Virus record (IMG/VR): IMGVR_UViG_3300046836_000218
Span: 1 to 37,960 of that record
Source of the DNA: a virus
DNA: 37,960 nt
Strand: one strand, 5' to 3'
Below are positions 8,558-18,140 of this stretch, piece after piece. A program made the position numbers and the translations under genes. The first letter of the stretch is position 1. Every line of letters starts with the position of its first letter. The notes beneath the pieces were generated by a model. It saw only the letters and a list, made by a program, of their open reading frames with translations. It did no database searches and was not told the DNA's origin.

Positions 8558-8997
8558 GCCTTTCACTGCCTTTGATGAGTGAAGAGCTTCTGTCCAATCT
8601 GACGAGTGTTCAGGACAAACTGCTAGCGCTTCCCCAGGTTGAGATACAGACGGATCACATCTTGCATGGCGGCATGTATACGCGAACCATTCGCCTGGCG
8701 CCGGAAGTGGTTCTGATGGGAGCACTGGTAAAGATCCCGACAGTGCTCGTCGTTAGCGGTAAGACAGCAGTCTTCACTGGCGAAGGCTGGATCGAACTTG
8801 ATGGTTATCACGTCATCCCAGCAAGGGCAGGGCGCAAACAGATCTTTATTGCACGCGAAGAGACGAATATCACCATGATCTTCCCGACGGATGCAAAGAC
8901 AGTCGAGCAGGCCGAGGAACAGTTTACCGATGAGGCAGAGGCGCTTATGTCCAGGAAGAACGATAACGACACAGTACTGATCACAGAGGAACGATGA
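8554..8997 (+). CDS. Hypothetical protein (beta-rich, cupin-like impression only)
   Basis: 147-codon ORF whose TTG start overlaps the GNAT stop (TTGA). Its stop overlaps the next ATG (ATGA). No recognisable catalytic motif. Confidence 0.5.
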   Translation: MSLSLPLMSEELLSNLTSVQDKLLALPQVEIQTDHILHGGMYTRTIRLAPEVVLMGALVKIPTVLVVSGKTAVFTGEGWIELDGYHVIPARAGRKQIFIAREETNITMIFPTDAKTVEQAEEQFTDEAEALMSRKNDNDTVLITEER

Positions 8998-9932
8998 GCG
9001 GAGCAATCAGCGCAACCACACTCGGAATCATCGGACTCACCGCAGCCGCCGGTACTGGCGTTGCTGGCGCTGTCATTGGGTCTAAAAGCGGTGAGAAAGC
9101 TGCTGACACTCAAGCGGCGGCGGCGAATAATGCGGCACAACTTCAGGCCGATCAGTCACAAAAGGCTCTGGACTTCCAGAAAGAACAATACGCCACAACT
9201 CAGGCGCAGCAGGCACCCTGGCTACAGGCGGGACAGACGGCTCTCGGACAATTATCCGCAGGCACTGCTCCCGGTGGCTCGCTTATGCAGCCTTACGGGC
9301 AGCAGTTCCAGGCGCCAACAGGACTGACTGAGATTAATGATCCCGGCTATCAAGCCAGGTTGAAATTGGGAACGGATGCGATGCAGCGATCGGCAGCTGC
9401 AAGGGGCAGCGTGCTTACAGGCGGGACGGCAAAGGCGCTCAATCAGTTTGGGCAGGACTATGCGTCGAACGAATACGGGAACGTCTATAACCGCGCACTA
9501 AGCGACTACACGACAAAGTACAACGCCTATAACCAGGATCAGGGCAATCAGTACAACAGGTTGGCCTCGCTCGCTGGCGTAGGACAGACTGCAGCTAACC
9601 AGTTGGCATCGCAGGGGCAGGCTGCGTCGAGTAACGTCTCGCAGAACCTGCTGCAAACCGGGCAGCTTATCGGGAACAATATCAACAATGCCGGTGCAGC
9701 GACGGCTTCCGGGTATGTCAATTCTGGGAGTAATTGGGCTCAGGGCTTGAGCGGAATTGGCAACAATATCACTGACTATACGAATAACCAGCTCCGGTAT
9801 GCCCAAAACCCATATCTACAGCTTCAGAATCTCCAGCAGCGATCGTCAGCACTTGGCCCAGCGTCATACGCGAGTTCACCATACGATACTTCGCTTCTTG
9901 GGTACGTAACACCGCCCACATATAACGGTTAG
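8994..9932 (+). CDS. Internal virion / DNA-ejection protein candidate with N-terminal TM helix
   Basis: N-terminal hydrophobic segment LGIIGLTAAAGTGVAGAVIG, followed by a Q/N/A/G-rich sequence. Its position matches the P22 gp7/gp20/gp16 block. Confidence 0.5.
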   Translation: MSGAISATTLGIIGLTAAAGTGVAGAVIGSKSGEKAADTQAAAANNAAQLQADQSQKALDFQKEQYATTQAQQAPWLQAGQTALGQLSAGTAPGGSLMQPYGQQFQAPTGLTEINDPGYQARLKLGTDAMQRSAAARGSVLTGGTAKALNQFGQDYASNEYGNVYNRALSDYTTKYNAYNQDQGNQYNRLASLAGVGQTAANQLASQGQAASSNVSQNLLQTGQLIGNNINNAGAATASGYVNSGSNWAQGLSGIGNNITDYTNNQLRYAQNPYLQLQNLQQRSSALGPASYASSPYDTSLLGYVTPPTYNG

Positions 9933-9943
9933 GAGTAAATAAA

Positions 9944-11728
9944 TTGTCAACGATCCCTCTCGTGGCTTTGAATGTTCGCACTCCTGAACCGCAGAACTTG
10001 AGCCAGAAGTATGCGCAACTCCAGGCGCTGAAGAATGCCGATCAGCAGACTGCCATGCAGCAGCAGCAGTTCGCTATGCAGCAGCAGGAGGCGCCGCTGC
10101 GCATGGCCGCATTGCAGCAGCAGACGCAGCAAGGACAGCTGGGGCTTCAGCAGGCGCAGAGGACGCAGCAGGACGATCAGAGCTTCCGAGCGGCGATGCA
10201 GGACCCATCACTACAGGGAAAGACCGTAGGCGAGATCGCTGACACGCTGGCGAAGACTGGGCATATCTCGCAGGCAGGATGGGCGCAGGCGAAGAAGGCT
10301 GATCTTGAAAGCCGCACAGCCCTGGCTGGACTGGATGAGAAGACGCTAAAGAACCAGAAGGACGCTCATGCTTTGACGCAGGAACTCTACAACAATGTAA
10401 TGAGCATGCCCGATGATAAGCTGGCGGCGAACTGGTCGCAGATTGCGCAACAATATGACGCGATTCCAGGGAACAACAAGCAGCCACTCGATCCTAATAA
10501 GCCGCTGACGAAGCAGGAACTGGCGCAGTTTGGTCCGGCGCTGTCGATGGGGAATGCTTATTTCGATCAGGAGTTGGAACGGCGGGGCAAGATTGCCGAT
10601 ACGGGCAAAAAAGAACAGGAACTGCAATATGGCCCAACGGGCCCTGCGGCAGAAGCCAAATATCGCTTCATCCTGTCGAAGCAGTCATCGGGCAAGCCGC
10701 TGACTGCGGACGAACTGTCTTTCGCTAAGGGCTTTGAAGCTTCCAATGCGAAGTCGACAACTGCCAGCGATTCTCTCGGGATCTCCAGCGTAAGCACTAA
10801 CCGCCCGTCTGGCCTTGCTATGACGGGCCGGGGTGGTGGTGGAGCTGCACCACCCGCGGGCGTTCCGGTGGCGCAAGGCGGCATGTCTAACGCACCGCTT
10901 ACAGGCACGAACCTGCCATCCAGCAGCGCTTCCAGCCCTGCGAATGCAAAGCAGAGCATCGTTGACATGATTGGCCAGTACAAGATGAATCCCACGCTCG
11001 TTGGCCGAGCATTTCTCAAGCATCCAGAACTGGTTGGGATGGTTGGAGAGAAATATCCTAATTGGGATCAGACAGCATATAACGCCAAAAATAAGATTGT
11101 GGAGTCGATGACTTCTGGACCGGAGTCGCGGCCGATCAATGCCATCGGTACAGCACTCGGCCACGCAAACGAGCTGCGAGACGCTATTGACGCACTCGGA
11201 AACGGCGATGCGGGACTGAAAACTCTTCGCTCGCTCGGGAATAAGTATGGCATCGAGACGGGAGATGACAAGGCTACGGCTTTCAACCTGATTATTCATC
11301 GCCTGGCGCCCGAATTGACTGCAGCGTATGTGCAGGGCGGTGGTGGTGAAGGTGAACGAGCTGCGGCAGCGGAAGACTTCAGCCCATCTATGAGCAGGCA
11401 GCAGTTGCTCACTAACTGGTCAAAATCCGTCCAACTGCTGCGATCTAAGATTTCGCAGGATGAGCAACAGTGGAACACAACATATCAGCCTACGAAGCCA
11501 GAGGATGCGTTCACGACGCGCTTTCTCGGCGCTCCCGCGAAACAGGCGCTTCAGCGCTGGTCGAATGAGACGGGGAACCCTTCAGGTTTAGCGGGTTCAG
11601 CACCAGCCCCGGCTGCGCCGCATTCTCACGCATTCTCGCTCGGCGCATGGCAGAAAGCCAATCCGCAAGGTGATCCAAAGGCAGCGGTCAAGGCCGCGCA
11701 AGCTGCAGGCTATCAGGTAACGCAATAA
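9944..11728 (+). CDS. Internal virion / DNA-ejection protein candidate
   Basis: 594 aa. TTG start with AGGAG upstream. Poly-Q coiled-coil N-terminus and a Gly/Ala/Pro linker. Second of three large consecutive ORFs. Confidence 0.5.
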   Translation: MSTIPLVALNVRTPEPQNLSQKYAQLQALKNADQQTAMQQQQFAMQQQEAPLRMAALQQQTQQGQLGLQQAQRTQQDDQSFRAAMQDPSLQGKTVGEIADTLAKTGHISQAGWAQAKKADLESRTALAGLDEKTLKNQKDAHALTQELYNNVMSMPDDKLAANWSQIAQQYDAIPGNNKQPLDPNKPLTKQELAQFGPALSMGNAYFDQELERRGKIADTGKKEQELQYGPTGPAAEAKYRFILSKQSSGKPLTADELSFAKGFEASNAKSTTASDSLGISSVSTNRPSGLAMTGRGGGGAAPPAGVPVAQGGMSNAPLTGTNLPSSSASSPANAKQSIVDMIGQYKMNPTLVGRAFLKHPELVGMVGEKYPNWDQTAYNAKNKIVESMTSGPESRPINAIGTALGHANELRDAIDALGNGDAGLKTLRSLGNKYGIETGDDKATAFNLIIHRLAPELTAAYVQGGGGEGERAAAAEDFSPSMSRQQLLTNWSKSVQLLRSKISQDEQQWNTTYQPTKPEDAFTTRFLGAPAKQALQRWSNETGNPSGLAGSAPAPAAPHSHAFSLGAWQKANPQGDPKAAVKAAQAAGYQVTQ

Positions 11729-13503
11729 TGGCAGCCGCACCGATCGACCTATCCGCCGGACTGGTACCCAAGCAGGTCGACATTTCTGCCGGACTCGTGC
11801 CGAAGACAGGTCCCGACACGCGCAGCCTATGGGAGAAGGCTAAAGCGAACTTCAACGCAAATACGCAAGGCTCTCAGCCTGGTGAACATGGCGTAAAGGC
11901 GTTCATTGCAGACGTTGGGCAGGGCGGCGGTGATTTCGTGCGTTCGGTGGCGCATCCGATCGACACTCTCACATCGATGGGGCAGATGATCGCGCACCCC
12001 CTGGATACGGCACATGCCGAAGTGAACGCGCTATATGAGAACCCGAGCAAGTTCATTGGCAACGCCATCGGCAATGTCGGAGCAGGAACGATTGTAGGGG
12101 AAATGGCCAGCCCAATTACAAGTAGAGCCGTTGGGGCAGTGAAGGCTGCACCAGAAGCTTATCGTGGAGCGCGTTCCGCGGTCATAGGCGGCTCGAAGCT
12201 GGACGAGGTTATCCCAGGCGATACGGTAACCCCGCGGCAGCGCTACGAGGCAGCAAAGGCGCAAGGCGTGAACCTGGATACGGCACAGGCAACGAATGCA
12301 CCTGTTGCGAAGGCGGGTAAGTGGGCTACTGAGCATTCACTAGCTGGCTCGTCTAAGTTTGAGGCTAACAATGCGGCCAATGTCGAAGCCCTGCATGCGC
12401 ACTCTGAAAAGCTGCTGAACGAAGCATCGCCGGTCGATATGAGCCGCGAGGACTTCGGCAACAAGGCGAAACAGGCTTTAGTGCAGCATCAGCAGGAACT
12501 GAACGCCACAGCTGGGGATATCTACAAAAAGCTTGATGCGGACATTGGAACCACCAGGCCCGATGCGTCTTCAATCAAGGAAGCTGCTCAGGCGATAGTC
12601 AAAGAGAACAAGGGGTATTATGCCGATCACCCCGAGATGCTTAGCACTGGTGCGGCCAGGGCGTGGAAGATCGTTAATAACCTTGCGGATGCCAAGACCG
12701 CGGATACGTGGTCGAACCTGCACAAACTGCGTAGCGACATGCTGGACATTACGCGCAGCCCTGACCTTATCGGTGATAGGCCAACGGGCTGGATGAAGCA
12801 GATGACCAGCGCTGTCGATGATGCCATGACTAAAGGCGCAGATATTGCCAACCGGCAGGACTTCCGTGAAGCCAATGACATTTATAAGTGGATGAAATCC
12901 ACGTATGACGATCCGACCAGCAAACTCTATCACGTTGTGCGATCGAAGGATGGGTTAACCGCGGCCAATACGCTTGCGAGCATAACGCCTGATATTGCAC
13001 GAAAGATTGGCGCGGCGTCTCCCGAGCTTCTGCCCCAGCTTCAACGTCAGACGATGGATCGTCTTCTCAGGCCGACGGGCAATGATCTTCCGGACCTCAA
13101 GAACCTGGGTGCTCGGCTATCGCGGGCGCAGAAGGAACAGCTTGCAGGGGTGCTTACGCCTGAACAGATCAAGGCTATGGATGAGTTGGGGCGGACATCG
13201 AAGCTGGTGACATTCGACAGCAACCCCAGCGGATCGGGGAAGGTGGCACAGAAGGCAACCGAGGCCGGAGCCGTGGGGTCAGGATTGATGCGTGCCGGAG
13301 TCGGAGTGTTGACTGGGAATCCTGTCGCCGTGCTGGAGGGTGTCGCAGGGCCAACTGCCTATATGGGGACGCAACGCCTCGCAGCAGGCAAGCTAACAAA
13401 CCCGGCGTTTACTGAAAAGATTATGAGCGGAAGAATGATTAAGCCACGTCCCGGCGAATCCATGGTTGACTATCTTGCTCGCAAGAAGGCTGCGAAGCCT
13501 TAG
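11728..13503 (+). CDS. Internal virion / DNA-ejection protein candidate
   Basis: 591 aa. TAATG junction with the previous gene. N-terminal tandem (D/I)SAGLVPK x2. Confidence 0.5.
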   Translation: MAAAPIDLSAGLVPKQVDISAGLVPKTGPDTRSLWEKAKANFNANTQGSQPGEHGVKAFIADVGQGGGDFVRSVAHPIDTLTSMGQMIAHPLDTAHAEVNALYENPSKFIGNAIGNVGAGTIVGEMASPITSRAVGAVKAAPEAYRGARSAVIGGSKLDEVIPGDTVTPRQRYEAAKAQGVNLDTAQATNAPVAKAGKWATEHSLAGSSKFEANNAANVEALHAHSEKLLNEASPVDMSREDFGNKAKQALVQHQQELNATAGDIYKKLDADIGTTRPDASSIKEAAQAIVKENKGYYADHPEMLSTGAARAWKIVNNLADAKTADTWSNLHKLRSDMLDITRSPDLIGDRPTGWMKQMTSAVDDAMTKGADIANRQDFREANDIYKWMKSTYDDPTSKLYHVVRSKDGLTAANTLASITPDIARKIGAASPELLPQLQRQTMDRLLRPTGNDLPDLKNLGARLSRAQKEQLAGVLTPEQIKAMDELGRTSKLVTFDSNPSGSGKVAQKATEAGAVGSGLMRAGVGVLTGNPVAVLEGVAGPTAYMGTQRLAAGKLTNPAFTEKIMSGRMIKPRPGESMVDYLARKKAAKP

Positions 13504-13768
13504 CCTTAGCCTCTTCTATAAGCTGCTGCGTATATGTGACTGATTCCGTCCAATCTTTATCAGCCTGAATCTCTTGCATCATGCGATCCAATGCGTCTTT
13601 CTTCTCTTGATGCGTCGGCTGGTAAATGAACCATAGAACTTGAGCGAGTTGGAATGCGAATATCCATCGGGCCACGCTGATTCCCAGAATGAACGGGAAA
13701 GCGAAGTAGGCGACTAATATGCACCAGGTATGGCGGGATTTGAGCAAATTCCTGATCGTGTTCTTCAT
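13439..13768 (-). CDS. Two-TM membrane protein, opposite-strand insert (moron)
   Basis: ATG at 13768 is preceded by GGGAGA on the minus strand. Predicted TM segments WCILVAYFAFPFILGISVA and WIFAFQLAQVLWFIY. The 3' end overlaps the convergent gene by 65 nt. Region is AT-richer than its neighbours. Confidence 0.55.
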   Translation of the reverse strand: MKNTIRNLLKSRHTWCILVAYFAFPFILGISVARWIFAFQLAQVLWFIYQPTHQEKKDALDRMMQEIQADKDWTESVTYTQQLIEEAKAKASQPSCEQDSQPWIRRDVA

Positions 13769-13867
13769 AGGGTTTCTCCCTACTAGATATTTTTCCACTT
13801 GATACAGACTCCAGTCGTTGCTCTGGAGCAATCAGCGGCAGTTTCCCCCAACATAAAGGATGTTTCC

Positions 13868-16144
13868 ATGAAGAAGCTGCTTTTGATGGCTGTAGCGCTG
13901 TTGTGCGCCGTAAGTATGGCGCAGGGTCCGGTTACGCCGATCTCGCAGCCCCACCAGACCTATGTTGATCAAGGCGGGGCGCCCTGCGCCGGGTGCGCTC
14001 TGTTCTCGTATACGGCAGGCTCGACTATCCCGAAGCCTACATATAAGGACGCCGGGGGAACCGTGCCTAACACGAACCCAATCGTTCTCAGCGTGCAGGG
14101 TGGGGCGGATATCTGGGTCACCAAGAATACGGCCTATAAGTTCGTTCTGAAGAATACGTCTGGGACCACGCTCTGGACCGTCGACAACGTAACGACTACC
14201 GGCTCCAATTCGATTCAGGCGAACCCTGGCGGCGATCAGACAATTACGCAGCCGCCTGGCAGTGATTTCAACGTAAATACATCCGGCGGCGGCTCTTTCA
14301 ACTACAACGGCAGCGAGGTGCTGACCGTCGACACGCTGCCCGACACTGTTGTTCTTACCGACCCCCCTGCTACCCAGTTCGTTCTGAAGACGCTTGGCCT
14401 GAAGGACGTCATTGCCGGGAATAACAATATCCTAACGTCCTTTGGCGACTCGAATACGGTCGGATTTGGGCTTCCTACGCCCACAACTCAGGGATACGTT
14501 TATCTGATTGCCGCTCACCAGGGATGGACCCTGTTCAATAAAGCGGTGTCTTCTTCGATGTGCGGCGATCAGTCCTTACTGGCATTTCAGGAGACGCCAC
14601 ACCAGGGGTCTAATTACTCATGGAATCTCGGTTATAACGATATGCGCGTCAACGGCTCGAATGCCGTCAAGGTTATAGAGTTCCATGCCTGCACGCTGGC
14701 GTCACTGGCGCGTCTTGCTATCCCGAACGCGCAATTTATCCCGGCACAGCTTGCACAGCCGGGCTCGGGTTTGCCAGGCTGCCTTTATGCCGGTACATGG
14801 TCGAATGCCACAGTAGGCGGTATTCCGATCAAGTTTTCAGGCGCGAATGGCTCCGCAATTACCTGCGTTACTCCCCCAGGCCAGACAGCCTATGTCTATG
14901 CCATCCACCAGGTCAATAACACTTCCAACCAGTTCACTATTTCTGTCGATGGTATAGCGCAGCCTTGTATTGGCGGCGAAAATGTCTGCTTTGACGATCA
15001 CACGTGGACGGAGTTTGCCACAACAACAACGGCATTGGGGCAGACATACTTCCCCCTTGGTATCAGGCTCTCTAACCTGAATGCCGCGAATGACTATCAC
15101 ACCATCGTTCTTACCGTGGTCAGTGCCGGGAGTAGCGGAATGCATGTCCTCGGCGTCTCCGCATCATCTTCTGGATCTGGTGGAATCATCATGCCTAATG
15201 TCATTGCGGCAGAGGTGCCACGCATGAACGCTGCCGGATATGCGGCTGGATTCATTGGATCGAATGCATCGCTGGCTCTCTACAACGAGCATATTCACAC
15301 CGTTGCATCAGAGTTAGCGCAGGACGGGCTGCAGATCAGGCAGATAGATACGTCATCGGCCGAAGTGCTTGACCCAAACAATGCAGCCAATATGCAGGCC
15401 GACAACGTTCACTTCTCTATAGCAGGGCATCAGGCGATTGCGAATGCTTATATCAGCGAACTGTCGCCGCTGGGATATCCGCGGGACAGGGGCGCAGGGA
15501 TGCAGTTTCGCAATCTCTCACCCTATCGCAATTCCTTATATGCTGGCGGCGTTCCTGCGTTGGCGTCTTCAGGTGAGATGGGTTCTACGACTGGAGCATC
15601 AAGCGGACTCTTCACGATGGGCAGCGACCACTGCGGGTACTCGCGAGAGTCGGGAACGGTGTACCAGGTGGGTGGGCATTGCTCAACTGGAATCGCATTA
15701 TTCCAATTCGGAGGAGCCTCGAACATCTTCCCGGCGTTCGTCGTCAATCCCGGCGGCGCTCTCGGGCTTCAGGCATCGAAGGCGGATAACTCCGGAACAA
15801 TCCCAATTACCGCTTCAAACCTGTACACCGCAACCACGCCGGTAACGACTACTGGACTAGGCGCGGGAATTACTACATTCGACTGTGCCCCAGGGTTTTC
15901 CTGCACCAGTAAGGCGGGAACTCTAAGAATAGTGTCATCGACATTTACGCTTGGCACGATTGGCACGGTTGTCTGGCCCTTTACTCCAGCGGCACAGATT
16001 TGCATGATCGGCCAATATGGCGGGGCTGCATGGTACGGATTTGGGTCAACCGTCCCAACCACCACCGGATTCTCTCTGACGAACAACAACACGATGGTAG
16101 GCACGACGCAGTTTGCGACATACAGCTGCCAGCCTGCCCAATAA
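13868..16144 (+). CDS. Tailspike-like protein with Sec-type signal peptide and SGNH/GDSL esterase domain
   Basis: Start MKKLLLMAVALLCAVSMAQG. N-terminal domain resembles the TSP1/gp66-type spike N-domain (ALFSYTAGSTIPKPTYKDAGGTVPNTNPIVLSVQGGADIWV...YKFVLKNTSGTTLWTVDNV). SGNH blocks: FGDSNTVG, GYNDMRVNG, DNVHFSIAGH. Confidence 0.65.
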   Translation: MKKLLLMAVALLCAVSMAQGPVTPISQPHQTYVDQGGAPCAGCALFSYTAGSTIPKPTYKDAGGTVPNTNPIVLSVQGGADIWVTKNTAYKFVLKNTSGTTLWTVDNVTTTGSNSIQANPGGDQTITQPPGSDFNVNTSGGGSFNYNGSEVLTVDTLPDTVVLTDPPATQFVLKTLGLKDVIAGNNNILTSFGDSNTVGFGLPTPTTQGYVYLIAAHQGWTLFNKAVSSSMCGDQSLLAFQETPHQGSNYSWNLGYNDMRVNGSNAVKVIEFHACTLASLARLAIPNAQFIPAQLAQPGSGLPGCLYAGTWSNATVGGIPIKFSGANGSAITCVTPPGQTAYVYAIHQVNNTSNQFTISVDGIAQPCIGGENVCFDDHTWTEFATTTTALGQTYFPLGIRLSNLNAANDYHTIVLTVVSAGSSGMHVLGVSASSSGSGGIIMPNVIAAEVPRMNAAGYAAGFIGSNASLALYNEHIHTVASELAQDGLQIRQIDTSSAEVLDPNNAANMQADNVHFSIAGHQAIANAYISELSPLGYPRDRGAGMQFRNLSPYRNSLYAGGVPALASSGEMGSTTGASSGLFTMGSDHCGYSRESGTVYQVGGHCSTGIALFQFGGASNIFPAFVVNPGGALGLQASKADNSGTIPITASNLYTATTPVTTTGLGAGITTFDCAPGFSCTSKAGTLRIVSSTFTLGTIGTVVWPFTPAAQICMIGQYGGAAWYGFGSTVPTTTGFSLTNNNTMVGTTQFATYSCQPAQ

Positions 16145-16168
16145 CACTCTCCCATTCAGGAGCACTAA

Positions 16169-17545
16169 ATGAAAAGACTGCTGCTCGCCGCACTTGCGGG
16201 ATTGTGTGTGATTCCTGTCTATGGTCAGGGAGTACGGTTCGACAGCCTCGCCACGACGGTGCAGACGAATATGCCTGCTGGGGCAAATGCTCCGGTGCTG
16301 GCTATTCCCGGCGCCAGGGTTATGGTCTGCACGGACTCTGCCTGCGGAACGTTAGCGAGTACATATCAGGATCAGGGGCTGACGGTTGCTTCGCCGAATC
16401 CGATTATCGCAGGGGCAGCTACACCGGCGAACCTTGCAGGCAAGTGGGGATTCTGGGCAGCATCGGGAACCTATTGGTACAAGATCACGACGACGCAGGG
16501 AGTCGTCTACGGCCCGTATCCGCTTACTCTGGGCGGTTCTGCAAGTGGCGGCGGGGCGACATTCCCCGGAACAGCGGGGATTGTATACAGCACATCGAGC
16601 CTGACGGCCAGGAATGCTGTCCTTGGCGATCTGCTGACGCTTGGAGCAGCGCCCGCTGCTAGTCCTACATTCTCTGGAACAGTAACGTTGTCGAATATCA
16701 CTGGATCGACGCAGTGCCTGCACGTGAACTCTTTCGGAGGCGTAAGCGGTACGGGAGTCGATTGCGGCTCTGGCGGCGGCGGTGGAATGACGCAGCTGAC
16801 TGGAGATGTAACGGCAGGACCAGGCAGCGGATCTCAGGCGGCTACGCTGGCGAATACGGCAGTGGCAGCGGGAAGCTATACCAATGCGAATATCACGGTA
16901 GATGCCAAGGGAAGATTGACGTCAGCGGCGAATGGCTCGACAAGTTCGGGAACGGTGACTACAACGGGAACACCTGCTGCCGGAAACCTGACGCGGTTCT
17001 CAAGTGCTACGGCGATCACCAGCACGGATCTGACGGGCGCTGTGACTACATCCGGGGGTGTGGCTACTACGCTGGCAAACTCTGCGGTGGCTACTGCCAA
17101 CATTGCGAACTCTGCCGTCACCCTCGGCAAGTTCCAGAATGCCGCGGCAAACTCGAAGCTGATTGGTTCTGGCTCGGCTGGTGTAGGAGCCTCGTACAGC
17201 GAGCTGACGATTGGGACGAACCTGACTATGAGCGGCACAACGCTGAACGCAGGGACTGGCCTTGTAGCGTCAGGAACGGCGACGTTAGGGACATCTGCGA
17301 TCGCCTCAGCGACGTGTGCGACTGTGGTGACAGTTACAGCCACAGGAGTGCTATCGACTGACACCATTATTTGGAACCCGAACCAGTCGATCAAAGCTGT
17401 GGTTGGATATGTTCCGGCGACCACTGGAGGACTAAGTATCGCTGCTTACCCAACTGCCAATGCCGTGAACTTCGATGTGTGCTCTTGGGCTTCTGCCTCG
17501 ATAACACCCGGCGCTCTCACACTCAACTGGTCGGTAACTCGTTAG
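16169..17545 (+). CDS. Tail fibre-like protein with Sec-type signal peptide
   Basis: Start MKRLLLAALAGLCVIPVYGQG. N-domain is paralogous in pattern to that of 13868. Fibre repeats LTGDVTAGPGSGSQAATLANTAVAAGSYTNANITVDAKGRLTSA and LTGAVTTSGGVATTLANSAVATANIANSAV. Confidence 0.65.
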   Translation: MKRLLLAALAGLCVIPVYGQGVRFDSLATTVQTNMPAGANAPVLAIPGARVMVCTDSACGTLASTYQDQGLTVASPNPIIAGAATPANLAGKWGFWAASGTYWYKITTTQGVVYGPYPLTLGGSASGGGATFPGTAGIVYSTSSLTARNAVLGDLLTLGAAPAASPTFSGTVTLSNITGSTQCLHVNSFGGVSGTGVDCGSGGGGGMTQLTGDVTAGPGSGSQAATLANTAVAAGSYTNANITVDAKGRLTSAANGSTSSGTVTTTGTPAAGNLTRFSSATAITSTDLTGAVTTSGGVATTLANSAVATANIANSAVTLGKFQNAAANSKLIGSGSAGVGASYSELTIGTNLTMSGTTLNAGTGLVASGTATLGTSAIASATCATVVTVTATGVLSTDTIIWNPNQSIKAVVGYVPATTGGLSIAAYPTANAVNFDVCSWASASITPGALTLNWSVTR

Positions 17546-18140
17546 CGATATATTTTCCATCGAAACGGGGATGAGCGTTAGTCCTGAGAATTTCTATTGC
17601 AGTTTTCTTGTGCTCGCTTTTCATTCTGTCCCATCCAAGCTTTTGCGCTTCACCACGAAGTCTAATCGGAATCCCCATTTCAACTAATCGTTTACGGAGA
17701 TTCTTCCACTGCACATGATTCTTTCTTGCGGCTGGACCGGCTCCCATACCCTCGTTGTAATCATTAACAGCGGCGGCCATTTTAGCTTCCACGGACTCCG
17801 GGGTTCTCCATCCTCTAGCCTGGACTTTGGCGAAAATAGTATCAACTTTTGCCTTCTTTACGATGAGCAATGGAGAAATGATTCTCATAAATTCCATGCA
17901 ATCGGCGATCGAAGATATGTGCACGGTGCTCATTAAGCTTTCTTTAAAAGTGTCGCTCCGAGGCGTTTTGTCTCTATAGAAATGGCTCTTTATCTGGTTA
18001 TTTTCCAGAAATTCCCGGATTGCGATGAGAACCGATTCATTCTTGGTGAGTTGATAAAGGACGATTCTGGGAATGCCCTTCGGATTAATAGAAATGCTTC
18101 CCTCTCCATCAAAAAATCCAGCGATGTAATCAAAGGTCAT
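17523..18140 (-). CDS. LAGLIDADG-family homing endonuclease (single motif), free-standing
   Basis: MTFDYIAGFFDGEGSISI is the classic LAGLIDADG motif. Region is AT-rich (~43% GC in two hand-counted 60-nt lines). The basic helical C-terminus looks DNA-binding. The N-terminal 55 codons of the listed ORF were discarded. Confidence 0.75.
   Translation of the reverse strand: MTFDYIAGFFDGEGSISINPKGIPRIVLYQLTKNESVLIAIREFLENNQIKSHFYRDKTPRSDTFKESLMSTVHISSIADCMEFMRIISPLLIVKKAKVDTIFAKVQARGWRTPESVEAKMAAAVNDYNEGMGAGPAARKNHVQWKNLRKRLVEMGIPIRLRGEAQKLGWDRMKSEHKKTAIEILRTNAHPRFDGKYIANELPTS

Noticed and set aside
10685-11299. 204-codon minus-strand ORF, and similar long off-frame or antisense ORFs (e.g. 5902..6426, 10074..10487, 16000..16662, 16714..17361, 16876..17424, 31406..31993)
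   Set aside because: All lie completely inside longer ORFs that carry recognisable phage-protein features. Their translations are Arg/Cys/Ser/Pro-rich low-complexity sequence typical of shadow frames in GC-rich coding DNA.
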